A stretch of DNA of 61,578 bases, filler included, from Globobulimina sp. (Eukaryota), in NCBI GenBank assembly GCA_003354225.1. It is 21 parts of 21 records of this genome, joined end to end, with 100 filler letters (N's around TTAATTAATTAA, not from the genome) between each part and the next. Parts side by side here need not be neighbours in the genome. Positions count along the whole stretch, not along the records: positions 23,511 to 26,348 come from PIVH01004678.1; positions 26,449 to 29,285 come from PIVH01004679.1; positions 29,386 to 32,222 come from PIVH01004680.1; positions 32,323 to 35,159 come from PIVH01004681.1; positions 35,260 to 38,095 come from PIVH01004682.1; 16 more parts are not named here. One strand, 5' to 3'. The notes under the pieces were generated by a model. That model ran no database searches. It had not been told where the DNA came from and worked only from the letters and a program-made list of their open reading frames with translations. This document shows, in pieces, positions 24,135-35,312 of the stretch. Numbering within the stretch: the first letter of the stretch is position 1; every line of letters starts with the position of its first letter. Made by a program: the position numbers and the translations under genes.

Positions 24135-26348
24135 ATGTATAAAATATCAGTATTATTTACTTGTTTACTTTTCAACTGTACGTCATCCAAATCAGCAACA
24201 GAAACAGTAACATTAGCAACAAGCTGCATTGGTCTAAATGATGGATATCATTATATTAAATTACTGCCAGATGACATAGAAAAGAATATAAAATATCCAA
24301 TTATGTACGTGCTATGTTCAAGTGATTACATAATAATCGATTATTCACTCGATTCTGAATGGTCTCTTTATTTCACCACTTGGATCAAATACCATTACGG
24401 TGTGGTTGGTCCAATACGTAACGACAAAAGTAATTGGAGTCAATGGTTCTTACCTGATTCTGATGACAATCGCATCGCTAATGGCAATTATTTAGTATCG
24501 CCATACTGCACATCCTGTGACATATCATCAGATATTCAATTAAATGGCGAGCAATCATCCTATTACATGAGTGCATTGGCATTTGGCTGTTTCAATACAG
24601 TGCGTGGTTGGCCTGCTTGTGACTTTGATTACGATTCATATCAATGTTACATATGCGAATGGGACAATGCTCTCACCCAAATATCCTCCTCTCCGCGACC
24701 ACAAACACTGACTTGGGAAGCTGCCATAGATCAAAACCTAAAAACAGGTATCTGCAATTTCGAAATACGTTCCTCCATTCAATCCGTATCACAATCATTT
24801 AGCAAATGCGCCACTGTCGGCAACAAAAATACAAACTGGAAACCCTCGCTTGGTATTGATCATAGATTCTGTCAATGCTATAAACCGTATACCAAAAGCA
24901 ACGCACATCTCACTGTCGAAACAAATCGATTGCGACACAAAATGCACATTTTATTGCAGCAAAATGCTGCTCATGACACTGTACTGCAACAGCAAGCACC
25001 TACACCTACAATATATCATTTATTTGCTAGCGATTTCCGAGATGGAACATACAGAATCGAGGTGCCAGCCACTTATGTTATTATGGAAGATATTGAATTT
25101 AATTTCAATGCAGCTCCTGAAGGACACGAATCGCCCAATAACATCTATGATAATTATTGGTGGCCGCAAGACAACGTTGCATATCCCGGCGCAATGGGTT
25201 CGAGAGACGCATTTTTTTTGGGCTTCTTTGCAGGGATTACCATTGAATGCGATAATGTTGTTCTGGACTTAAATGGGTATGAATTGCGAATGAGTGATAT
25301 ATTTTATTATCAACAGCCATTTTTTAGTATAATTGAGTTGTCATCGCAACCATTTTTACCGCAACAAGGACCTGGTTTGTTTGGGACAGACCCGCATTTT
25401 GCAAATAACGTGGTGATTAAGAATGGTGTGGTTGGCTTATCGTCGCATCACGGCATCCATGGAAATAACAATAAGCATATTCATATTATTGAGGTCAAAG
25501 TAAAGCATTTCCAGACTCATGGCATACAACTAAATGGCTTTAATGATTTGAATATTTTGAATACAGAAATCGGACCATCTTCGACCAAGGCGTACTTAAA
25601 TGCAAATTATGGACAAATGCGATTGTTATTACCTAAAATGAGCCACATTGCGGAGCAACACAAGACAGATTATATTCACTTTAATGAGAGAAGAATGGAT
25701 GAACGAGTAACAATGCATGATTTGGTGGCTAAAGTGGTGAAAATGATGGATATGGCATTGCATTATGTTGTGAATGGTGTGGCAGTTGAAACTGATGAGT
25801 ATTGGCATGAAGCTGTGGAAGCATTTATAAATCAGTCAGGTTTGCCATTTGGTGCCGTATTATATGGCTTATTTTTAAATTATCCCAGTGCGGGAATATT
25901 TGGCTGGCATGTCAATGACGAAGAGTCTGATACTGCCAATCTAGAAAATGTATACATTCATGATTTGCAACATAAGGGAATTGAGGTGGTCGGTTTGGCC
26001 CAAAATGGACGTGTAATATGTAATGCATTTAATGGACCCATCGCTGCAAAGGACCTATTTGGCGCAGCACAAATTAAATCATTTGGCGAGAGAGCAAATG
26101 ATGATATATTTGCAGCTCAATATGTTGGCTCAATAATGAGTGATATTCATATTGACCACTCACTGGCGTACCAACATGCTATTTGCGAGTGCGTACAAGA
26201 TCTGGATTATGATATCTGCGTGATGACAGGAGATTATCGTTATTCTACGACGGGGGATTCCCAAGCTGCTCTACACGGTATTGAACAATTGCGCCTTTTC
26301 CTAAAAGGCACAATATTTGCTGTATTAGGCAATCATGACAGCATTGAT
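24135..26348 (+). CDS. Secreted right-handed beta-helix (pectin-lyase-like) protein; last ~70 codons are metallophosphoesterase-like
   Basis: Signal peptide, Cys-rich N-domain, then GTYRI..YVIMEDI, ITIECDNVVLDLNG, SSHHGIHGN. The tail reads SDIHID...TGDY...LGNHD. Confidence 0.7.
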
Positions 26349-26448
26349 NNNNNNNNNNNNNNNNNNNNNNNNNNNNNNNNNNNNNNNNNNNNTTAATTAA
26401 TTAANNNNNNNNNNNNNNNNNNNNNNNNNNNNNNNNNNNNNNNNNNNN

Positions 26449-28963
26449 AATGATGCACCCAAAGAAGTAACAGCTTCACCGCATGATGACACCTGCCCCG
26501 ATTTGGATGATGGTTTCTTATCTCTTCCTTAATTATAAAAACACAAACCAGACACAAATTGATTTCATTTGTGATATCCTACACAGAATATTATGAACAA
26601 GACGTGGTTGTCAACAAACAAGGCGATTGTCGCAAACCTGTCTATAATTCCAAAATGAGCAAAGAATCAATAATTAAATGCATCGGCGAATTGCAAATGA
26701 TTTACGAATACAATGACAAAAACCGAGAATACCACCTCACCAAAAGTGGCACCGGCACCGTTTATCATGTTGACCAACACCAAAATGCGTTTATCCTCAC
26801 CAGCGCACAGAATATCCGCCACCGAGTCAAAGAATGCAGCGATTGCGGCAAATGGATGGAAGTTAAAAACCAAACTTGTGTCCGTTGGAGCTGTAAAGGC
26901 GACGACTTACACAAAATAATGACCAAAGCGACCAATATCCATTTTATCCGACGAAATGTTGAAAATGATTATTTATTTGGACATATGGATAAAAGATATA
27001 CGGTCAAATGTTGGTATATCAATGACTTACAATACGATTATTATCCAGGCACTGCCAATGGTTTTAATATTGCGATATTACGCTTCCATGACACTGACGA
27101 TTATTATGCCAAATTTAGCAAAGATATCTGTGTTAAAAATGGCCAATATATCATGGAGACGAATGTTAACTCATTCTCTATGTTTGGATATGCTGCAGAC
27201 TCAAAGGAGAATGTTGATGATAAGAAAGATGCGGACACGAAGGGAATGAAAGGAATGAGCTCAACGGGCAGTACTTATAAAGTCATAAAGCAAAAGCAAA
27301 CAGGTGTTGTATGTTGTTTTTTTATTGGAATCTATATATTTTCAGTATGTGTATATGCATTCAGGTGAATATTATTTGAAACAAAAAGTAATTGATGCTT
27401 CAGCTGGGCAGAGCGGTGCGTGTTTGTTCATGAATAAAGCAGAGATTTTTGGAGTGCATACTGGTGGCAGTGAGAGGAAAAAATATAACGTTGCTACTTT
27501 AATTAGCAATGACATTTTATACAAAATGCAAAATGAGAAGGGCGCCATGGAGAAATTAAAAGCTTTTGAGGGTAAAATAAATGGATTTATAAAAGATTTA
27601 AAAATGAGAGGTAAGCACGTCAACGAAGAGCAGAAACATTGTCAAAAAGATATAAATGAGAGATTTGATGCTTTGATAGAAAAAATAAATAATAAACGGA
27701 CTGATATGTTAAACAAATTAAATGACATTGCTGCTGAGAAAAGGAGGCGGATTGATGTCGAATTGGGGAAAATCAGCGGAGCCAAAGACATCACTGACAA
27801 AATGCGGAAAGAATTCGATGATTTGAAAATGGATAAATATGAACGAGCAAAGCAGATTACGTTGGTTGTGGATGAGAAGATAAGTAATAAAGTATTTGCT
27901 GACACTGTCTATGTTTTGCCAGGCTTTGCATTTGAGTTTAACAAAAAAAGCGTATCATCAGTTATGTTGCCTCATTTTGCTTTGATACATATTGAAAAAT
28001 GAAAATGTAACACAGTTTGTGTACAAATTAGCGGATGTTTATGGCGAAGAAACTCATCCATTGCCCATTATTGCTGATATCCAATGTGGCGACGTTACGG
28101 ACACTCAGTGCACTGTCTGTTGGAATGCGACACTGCGCGAAAAAGATTTGAATATCAAAACTAAAACGAAATTGTTTATGCAACTTATTTGCAAGAATGT
28201 GAATCATGGATTTACTGCCTGCGAATTGATTGAGTTTGATGCGAATAATAATAAATATTCATATAACATTACAGGATTAAAGAAAGCGACATTGTATATC
28301 TATGAAATTAAAATGGTGCTATTTGTGAGGATTGGCATTGGCAACAACATCAATAAGAGAGTGGAGAGGAAAGATATCAGTCACGCTGAGATATTGTTTA
28401 ATTTCGAGACATTGTCATATGATTATTATCAGCAAGAATTTATTTATGAATCGGATTATGATACAAATGGAATATGCTATTTATTGGGGACTAATTTTGG
28501 ACGTAATAACAAATGGATGAATCCCGCAGAAAATGGAGTGATTACATTAAAAACTTCGGGTTGGAGCTATGGTGGAATTAATGAGACGTTTCTTGGAAGG
28601 AAAAAATGTCAGTCATGCTCCGCTAATATAAAAGACGGATTTGTGTCTATTGATTTTGGCGCAAATTTAAAAATAAAAGTAAATGCCTATACGTTAAGGC
28701 ATAATAATGGCTACAATGGCTTTTATTTGAGAAGTTGGAATTTGTTGGGTAGCAATGATGGAATGCGTTGGATTGTTATAAAACAACACGAAAATGATAA
28801 AATATTTAATAAACCAGGACAATCGCATACATTTAAAATAGAGAAATGCGAAAAATATTATAGATATTTTAAAATTCAAATCACGGGAGAAAATTCTGGT
28901 GGATACTGGAATATATTTACCACTGGATTTGAAATATACGGATGTTTGACTGGAAATGAATAA
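26449..28963 (+). CDS. Trypsin-like domain, coiled coil, FN3-like, discoidin/F5-8C-like domain (introns 26513-26586, 27304-27364, 27961-28015), 5' truncated
   Basis: SGTG, LTSAQN, GQSGA, GVHTGG; helical coiled coil; FN3-like W...Y.ITGLK..TLY; YESDYDTNGI...YTLRH..LRSWNL.GSNDG..YRYFKI. Three frame-preserving introns. Confidence 0.8.
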
Positions 28964-29385
28964 TGTTTCTCATTGTTTGTGTGTATGTATATCGCCACTA
29001 TATCATTATAATTAGACGATTCAATTTTTTTTTTCGTATAGAAACCGCTATCGTAGTTTAAACATCCAATCTCGGCTAGAAGAGACTGTAAAAGTGACAT
29101 GTTCTACATGTTATGTTAGCTAACTTCAGTTAGTTGGATCTAGTCAATTTGCCATAAAAAAACTTCAACTTTTTCACTAACCAAATAGGGGTCTCCGATA
29201 TGTACTGAATTTTAAAAAACTCTGTCAAACACCTCTTTACTTTTTAATCAGTTCGACAGCTTTCCGCTTTTTGCCAAAGGTCGTANNNNNNNNNNNNNNN
29301 NNNNNNNNNNNNNNNNNNNNNNNNNNNNNTTAATTAATTAANNNNNNNNNNNNNNNNNNNNNNNNNNNNNNNNNNNNNNNNNNNN

Positions 29386-30815
29386 TTGAAGATAATGACT
29401 TTAATATGATATTACCATTATTTTCATTGTGTGTTGGTAATATGGGTGCCGCTGAAATGGATTACAAACAGTTATCACAACGGATTGAATTAAAAACGGG
29501 TGGGGTTGGAGCCGAAATACACTCATTAACACCACTATCATTATCATCCAGTGCATCAACAAAAAGCAGTGAAGATAGTTTACGATATATGTTGGAAATA
29601 AATAGTTATTGTTTAAATAGAAATATTGCGCCAATGTTGGAGATCTTAGAGGATGTATTAATTCATCCAAACTATGAATATTATGAAAGATTAGAGACAT
29701 TAATTAAAGATAAAATTCAATCGGATATAACTCATTTGATTGAATCTGGCCATTCCTATGCGATAAGCCATGCCGCCTCAGCATTTGGACGGTCTTTGCC
29801 ATCCACCAAAATCAATGAGAAATTAAGTGGTATTTCGCAGATATTATTCAGTGGACAATTAAGTAATTCCTTGCAAGGGCAAAGGTATGCGACCTTGAAG
29901 GAATTAATAAAGATATTTTATGACATTTCGTATCAATTATTTAAACAACAGGGACCCATCAAATCGTTATATGTCTCTGATTGTGATATACAAACACAGT
30001 CAGATATAGATTTAATGGCTGCTTTTACCCCATTGGATTATTATAATCATCCCGCTGTGTTTCAAGCATTAAACGACACAGTTAATCCAATGGAACATCC
30101 AAAACCAGTGTTTGCGAGAAAATATTCGGTGTTAGAACCGTTATTTAATTCTGCGAATAAATTTGTGGATAAAAAATATAAAGAACAAACTGAGAAAAAA
30201 GAGGATGGATTTAAACAGATCAGTATGTTACGGAATTATTTTGCAGTGCCATCACAAGTCAATTATTGTGCAGGTGTCATACCAACGGTTGCTTATAATA
30301 ATGAAGACTGTGCGTCGTTGCGTGTGATTGCTAAAATATTATCTTTAAACTATTTACATCAAGAGATAAGAGAGAAAAATGGTGCATATGGTGGTGGTGC
30401 TGCACAAAATAAGAATTTATTTGCATTTTTTAGTTATAGGGATCCAAATCATATGAAAACTATAAATACGTTCAAGGAATCGATTGATTGGATATTAAAG
30501 AATGAGAATGTTGAGGGACATGATATTGATCAAGCATTGTTGTCGTTGTTTGGTAATTTGGATTCTCCACAGTCCCCACAAACAAAAGGGTTACAAGATT
30601 TTTTACAAGATATTGACGAAGATGTTCGACAAACACACAGAGAACAATTATTATCTGTAAATAAGGAATCAATTAAAAATGCCATTGATAAATACTTATT
30701 GAAACCATTTGAAGAAAATGAGGTATCGTTCACAATTGTTGGTAAACAAGATATTGACGATGATGATAAAAACCAATTAGAACAAAATCGATTTAAATTT
30801 GTTACTCTTGGTTGA
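29386..30815 (+). CDS. PITRM1: Presequence protease (M16C), C-terminal half
   Basis: IELKTGG, SGHSYA, YLHQEIREKNGAYGGGA, FFSYRDPN. Confidence 0.92.
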
Positions 30816-30908
30816 GAATACAAAAAAAGTGACTTCCGCTGTGTCGGAAATTGAAGTTTTAAAACTGATTCATGAGACTGAGTAATTTTTAAATATTTTT
30901 ATTCAATT

Positions 30909-32222
30909 TTATTCCCACTCAGTAGTTCCGGGTGGTTTCGGTGTCAAATCAAAAGCAACGCGTTGAATCCCATCAACTTTTAATATTTCATCAAACATTT
31001 CAAATAAAATTTCTTGCTGAATATCTCTATTAATTTTGGCAGGAACACCAGTCATAAAATCATTTGTAATAAATGTCCGAATGCAAATGGATCGCGCATT
31101 TTGCTCTTCGCATCCAAAATTTGATGGAAATAATATTACAGGAACTTGCGATATTTTATGAATTAAATTATATTTAAATAATTTATCATTTACAATCTTA
31201 TCACATTCCCGTAATTGTTGGACAACATCTCTTTTTAGATACGTTTGTGTCACACTTTGTTGTTTGTCGCACAACGCTGGCCCGTAAATAAAAATACATC
31301 GATTAACATTTAATATTTGCCTCGGGATATTTTTAGCCAGCTCATACAATTCATTCCATGGTATTTTATCATTATCATTGTTATTATCAATTGTTAGACC
31401 AATACAATGTGCATATGTTCTCCCATCGCCTTGAACGCCAACAGTTTGGAATCCCAATAAACAGCCATTCACATTATGATTACTTGCATTGTTTTTATCA
31501 ATAATGTTGCTCAATTTGTCAATAATTTGCTGATCATTCAGTGTGGTATATGGTATGCCATCGCTACAAATAATTCGAATGGCTAAGCCAGGCCCAGGAA
31601 AGGGCTGCCTCCAAACTAATTCTTTTGGTAAACCTAGTGTTTGACCGATAATCCTCACCTCATCTTTATGATAATCCGTTAATGGCTCAATTACCTTTCC
31701 ATTGTCTCGCAACCTCCGCACTAAAGCAGTATCGTTATGATGCGTTTTAATTACATCCGCCGTACCACCTACATTGGCAATTTTGCTCGCTGACTCAATT
31801 AAATCCGGTCTTAATGTACCTTGCACCAATAACATATCGTCAAATATCAATTTATTGTCACCAATCTCTTCTGCGACTACACGGTCGCATAATTTCATAA
31901 ATAAATCACCAATAATCTTACGCTTATGCTCTGGAGAAATAGTGTCGCATAATTTCAATGTTGATTTGCCATCAATCATTGTCGTACCACTTCGAAAGTA
32001 ATCCTGTGCATTACACAAATGAACGTTGTTCACACCAATGGATGCAAATGCATTCATCACTTGGATGGATTCATTGTGTCTCATAAAACCATGATCAATA
32101 TGTACCGGATATATTTGTTGTTTGTTAAACAAGTCGCAACAATCCGATGCCATATTCAATATCTCTTGATATTCTTTGTCTAAATTATTAACACATTTTT
32201 TATTGTTTTTCAATGCTTTTTG
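30909..32222 (-). CDS. GMPS: GMP synthase, eukaryotic type, ATP-PPase and dimerisation domains, 5' truncated
   Basis: QGTLRPDLIESAS, IKTHHND, WRQPFPGPGLAIR, VGVQGDGRTY, KPPGTTEWE. Confidence 0.97.
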   Translation of the reverse strand, partial: QKALKNNKKCVNNLDKEYQEILNMASDCCDLFNKQQIYPVHIDHGFMRHNESIQVMNAFASIGVNNVHLCNAQDYFRSGTTMIDGKSTLKLCDTISPEHKRKIIGDLFMKLCDRVVAEEIGDNKLIFDDMLLVQGTLRPDLIESASKIANVGGTADVIKTHHNDTALVRRLRDNGKVIEPLTDYHKDEVRIIGQTLGLPKELVWRQPFPGPGLAIRIICSDGIPYTTLNDQQIIDKLSNIIDKNNASNHNVNGCLLGFQTVGVQGDGRTYAHCIGLTIDNNNDNDKIPWNELYELAKNIPRQILNVNRCIFIYGPALCDKQQSVTQTYLKRDVVQQLRECDKIVNDKLFKYNLIHKISQVPVILFPSNFGCEEQNARSICIRTFITNDFMTGVPAKINRDIQQEILFEMFDEILKVDGIQRVAFDLTPKPPGTTEWE

Positions 32223-32322
32223 NNNNNNNNNNNNNNNNNNNNNNNNNNNNNNNNNNNNNNNNNNNNTTAATTAATTAANNNNNNNNNNNNNNNNNNNNNN
32301 NNNNNNNNNNNNNNNNNNNNNN

Positions 32323-33361
32323 GAGCTTGTTGATAATAAAATCGGTTATTATTATAACTACAATTATTCGCATACATAACCCGTTGCTGTGTACGTGGAT
32401 AATATGCATTGTAATTATTGTAATTATTATTATACGTATTATAGTTGCCATAAATCTTAAAAATATTCATAATCTCTGTTTTTGCCATGGGATTTGCCTT
32501 TGGTGTTTTCTTAGTTTGTATGGCTTGTATTTCTTGTATTTGATTAGTATTTGCATCGTGAACGTTGGTATACGCATTTTGTATTTTTGGTGTTTCTTGC
32601 AATTGCGCTTGAAATACTGCATCGGTATCAGCTATATTTTGGGTTTCTGATTGTTTTAACGACAAATCAGCACAGTTAGCGCTCATATTATCGTCGCAAA
32701 TATCATCAAAAACGCCCCAATCAATATTATCAAAGGGATCCCAATCGAACTGATCCTCGATTTCATTATTCACGGCCTTTTGAGCTTCGTTTTGTATTTT
32801 CTTCGACTTCTTTTTCTTTGATTTATTTTTGGTCCATAATTTATCGAAATATTTATTTTTGATAAATATATATTGTTCATTGTTATTACTCTCTAAATCT
32901 TCATATTTATGTAAATATTTCTTATTTGATTTTTTGTTACCATTTGCTTGCAACATTTCAACTTCATTCTCAGTAAAATCGTCTAAATATATGGACTTTA
33001 CGCGATGACCGAGTTTTCGATGATGTGTACAACATTGGCTACAAATGAATATTGAAAAATTCATTACAATGTAAACTGGCGATTTACACGAACAATCTGC
33101 ACATTTTGCATTGTGTTTTTTACCTTTTATTGCCATGACTTGTTGTCTTAGTTTTTCTTTATTAGTTAGCTCGATTTGTCCATCAGTTTGCTTTGTAGAT
33201 GGAAAAGGGACGTTATATGAGTTATGATTTAATATCTCTTCTAATGTTTCATTAAATACTTTGAATTTATCCATTGCCAATTCTGCCTCGTCGGGTTCCT
33301 TGGTAACGAAAGCCATCTCGTAATTTGCTTCTCGTGTTGGTGTGCTCATTACAAAGGCCAT
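32323..33361 (-). CDS. ArfGAP-domain protein (AGFG-like), 3' truncated
   Basis: CADC-x16-CSQC zinc finger, HRKLGHRVKSI, GNKKSN. Confidence 0.88.
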
Positions 33362-33437
33362 GGATATCAATGGAAATGTGTTGAAGTTGAGTGTAGTATT
33401 TAAAAAAAAACACTATTAAAATAATCAAACACTAATC

Positions 33438-34487
33438 ATGACGTCTTTTTGCAATTGTCCTCTCAGCAAAATAGTGGTGACATTCCTATACACGTTATTA
33501 TGTATTGTGATGACATTTGGATGTATTTACGTCTTATACGAATTTTTAAAGAGTTTAAAGCCATCAATTAAATCCAAGAAACATTATACAAATCATATAT
33601 TGGGAATAATCTTTACTTTCGGTACAATATTTGCCATCGTCAGTAGTGTGTTGCTTGTGACTGGAAATAAATGTTATTTTATTAACGACTCTTTTTTCAA
33701 TGTTATGGATTCGATTTGCATTTCAAATTTATGTGTTCAGTCATTGTTGTTAATAATCATTGTATTTAATAAACTTTATATTGTATTTCATAATGAAACT
33801 GCGTTTAAATTACGTTTGCATACAAAATTAATATATTTATCACTAATAATGCTATTAATAATATCTACCATTGTCTCTATGTATTGGTATATCAACGACG
33901 ATGGTAACGGCATATTCGTGCCTTGTGCCATATTCTCCGTGCTTTTATTTATAATCTGTCTGTTATCTATCAACGTGTTATTTATTTACAAATTAACCCG
34001 CGTTTATAAGGACTATACCATTGATAAAAAAATATCAGATTATCAGTTATTAATCACTGCAATGACACAATCTACAATTTTGGTATCAGTCTCTGTGTTG
34101 GCATTATTTATCGATGTCATCTGGATCTTCGTTGTTAGCGGCAATTTTAAAATATGGATAATTAATATTTTTACCAATTTTTTTTTAATAATAATGCAAT
34201 ATAAAACATTTAAGACATACTATTTTCGCTGTTGTTCGTGCATTGACTCCTTATGTTATTCACTATGGCTACGTATATTGGATAATAGCCGCAATAAATC
34301 GAGTTTGATGAATATCAGCGACTTTAACATCGATAAAATGGATATTATAGTAACAGACTTGGAATGTGTTGCTGCCATTGCCAGTGATTCTGATTCCAAT
34401 TTGCCTTTACCTCCGTTGGGGTTAACACGTAAACAAACAAGATATAGACCCGCTGATTCCATACCGTTAATCATTTTTGATATGTAA
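33438..34487 (+). CDS. Divergent 7TM (GPCR-like) protein
   Basis: Seven hydrophobic segments and a Cys cluster (CCSC) after TM7. Confidence 0.7.
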   Translation: MTSFCNCPLSKIVVTFLYTLLCIVMTFGCIYVLYEFLKSLKPSIKSKKHYTNHILGIIFTFGTIFAIVSSVLLVTGNKCYFINDSFFNVMDSICISNLCVQSLLLIIIVFNKLYIVFHNETAFKLRLHTKLIYLSLIMLLIISTIVSMYWYINDDGNGIFVPCAIFSVLLFIICLLSINVLFIYKLTRVYKDYTIDKKISDYQLLITAMTQSTILVSVSVLALFIDVIWIFVVSGNFKIWIINIFTNFFLIIMQYKTFKTYYFRCCSCIDSLCYSLWLRILDNSRNKSSLMNISDFNIDKMDIIVTDLECVAAIASDSDSNLPLPPLGLTRKQTRYRPADSIPLIIFDM

Positions 34488-34707
34488 TAGTCAGAGGAAT
34501 TAGCTAATTAAACATAAAAACGATTTTTGAGTGTTTTGAGATGTGTATTTAAAATTGCTATTCTGATGAGCGACCCTAATCAATAACAAAAACTACATTC
34601 GGAATTGAGTTTTGTATGCGTTTTTTTTTGTTGTTTTGCGTAGTTTTTCAAGATAACTAATTTAAACTAATTTTTTTTTGTTTGACTAAAACTTCAAAAA
34701 GTTCATC

Positions 34708-35106
34708 ATGGCAGGCATCCAAGCCTTGAATAGAATCGACAACTTATTACTCTGTTTAAATAACGCAATAAGTCCTAATACTCCACAGGTTCCACGTAAA
34801 TCGTTTCCAAATACGTCATTGTTGTTTCAATGTCGAAAATACACGACATTATTCAATCATATTCGTGGCAATTTGGAGTATCAAAATTTTCAATTTTTAT
34901 CAACTTGTTTAAGAATAAAATATCCGGATAAAACGGTCGATTTTTTTATCAAAAATTTTGGAATGATATTATTGGATAAAAAGGAATTTAAAGACTTATC
35001 CGTTACATTTTATTTCCTAATCTCGCCAAGCAGAAATATCCTGAAACCTCCACAAAAGAATCGCAACAATTGCTGTGGAGTTACAATGGCGGAGTCTTAC
35101 AATTGA
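34708..35106 (+). CDS. Hypothetical protein
   Basis: 132-aa ATG ORF with no recognised motif. It may be spliced or truncated. Confidence 0.3.
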   Translation: MAGIQALNRIDNLLLCLNNAISPNTPQVPRKSFPNTSLLFQCRKYTTLFNHIRGNLEYQNFQFLSTCLRIKYPDKTVDFFIKNFGMILLDKKEFKDLSVTFYFLISPSRNILKPPQKNRNNCCGVTMAESYN

Positions 35107-35312
35107 GATATGATCATAACACTGAAAATGATCCAAATTTCAGAATAAATAATGGCAATNNNNNNNNNNNNNNNNNNNNNNNNNNNNNNNNNNNNNNNNN
35201 NNNTTAATTAATTAANNNNNNNNNNNNNNNNNNNNNNNNNNNNNNNNNNNNNNNNNNNNTAGGATCACATTTTGCCTGGGAAAGGTCGCCCAGACTTCTG
35301 TAGTCATACATT

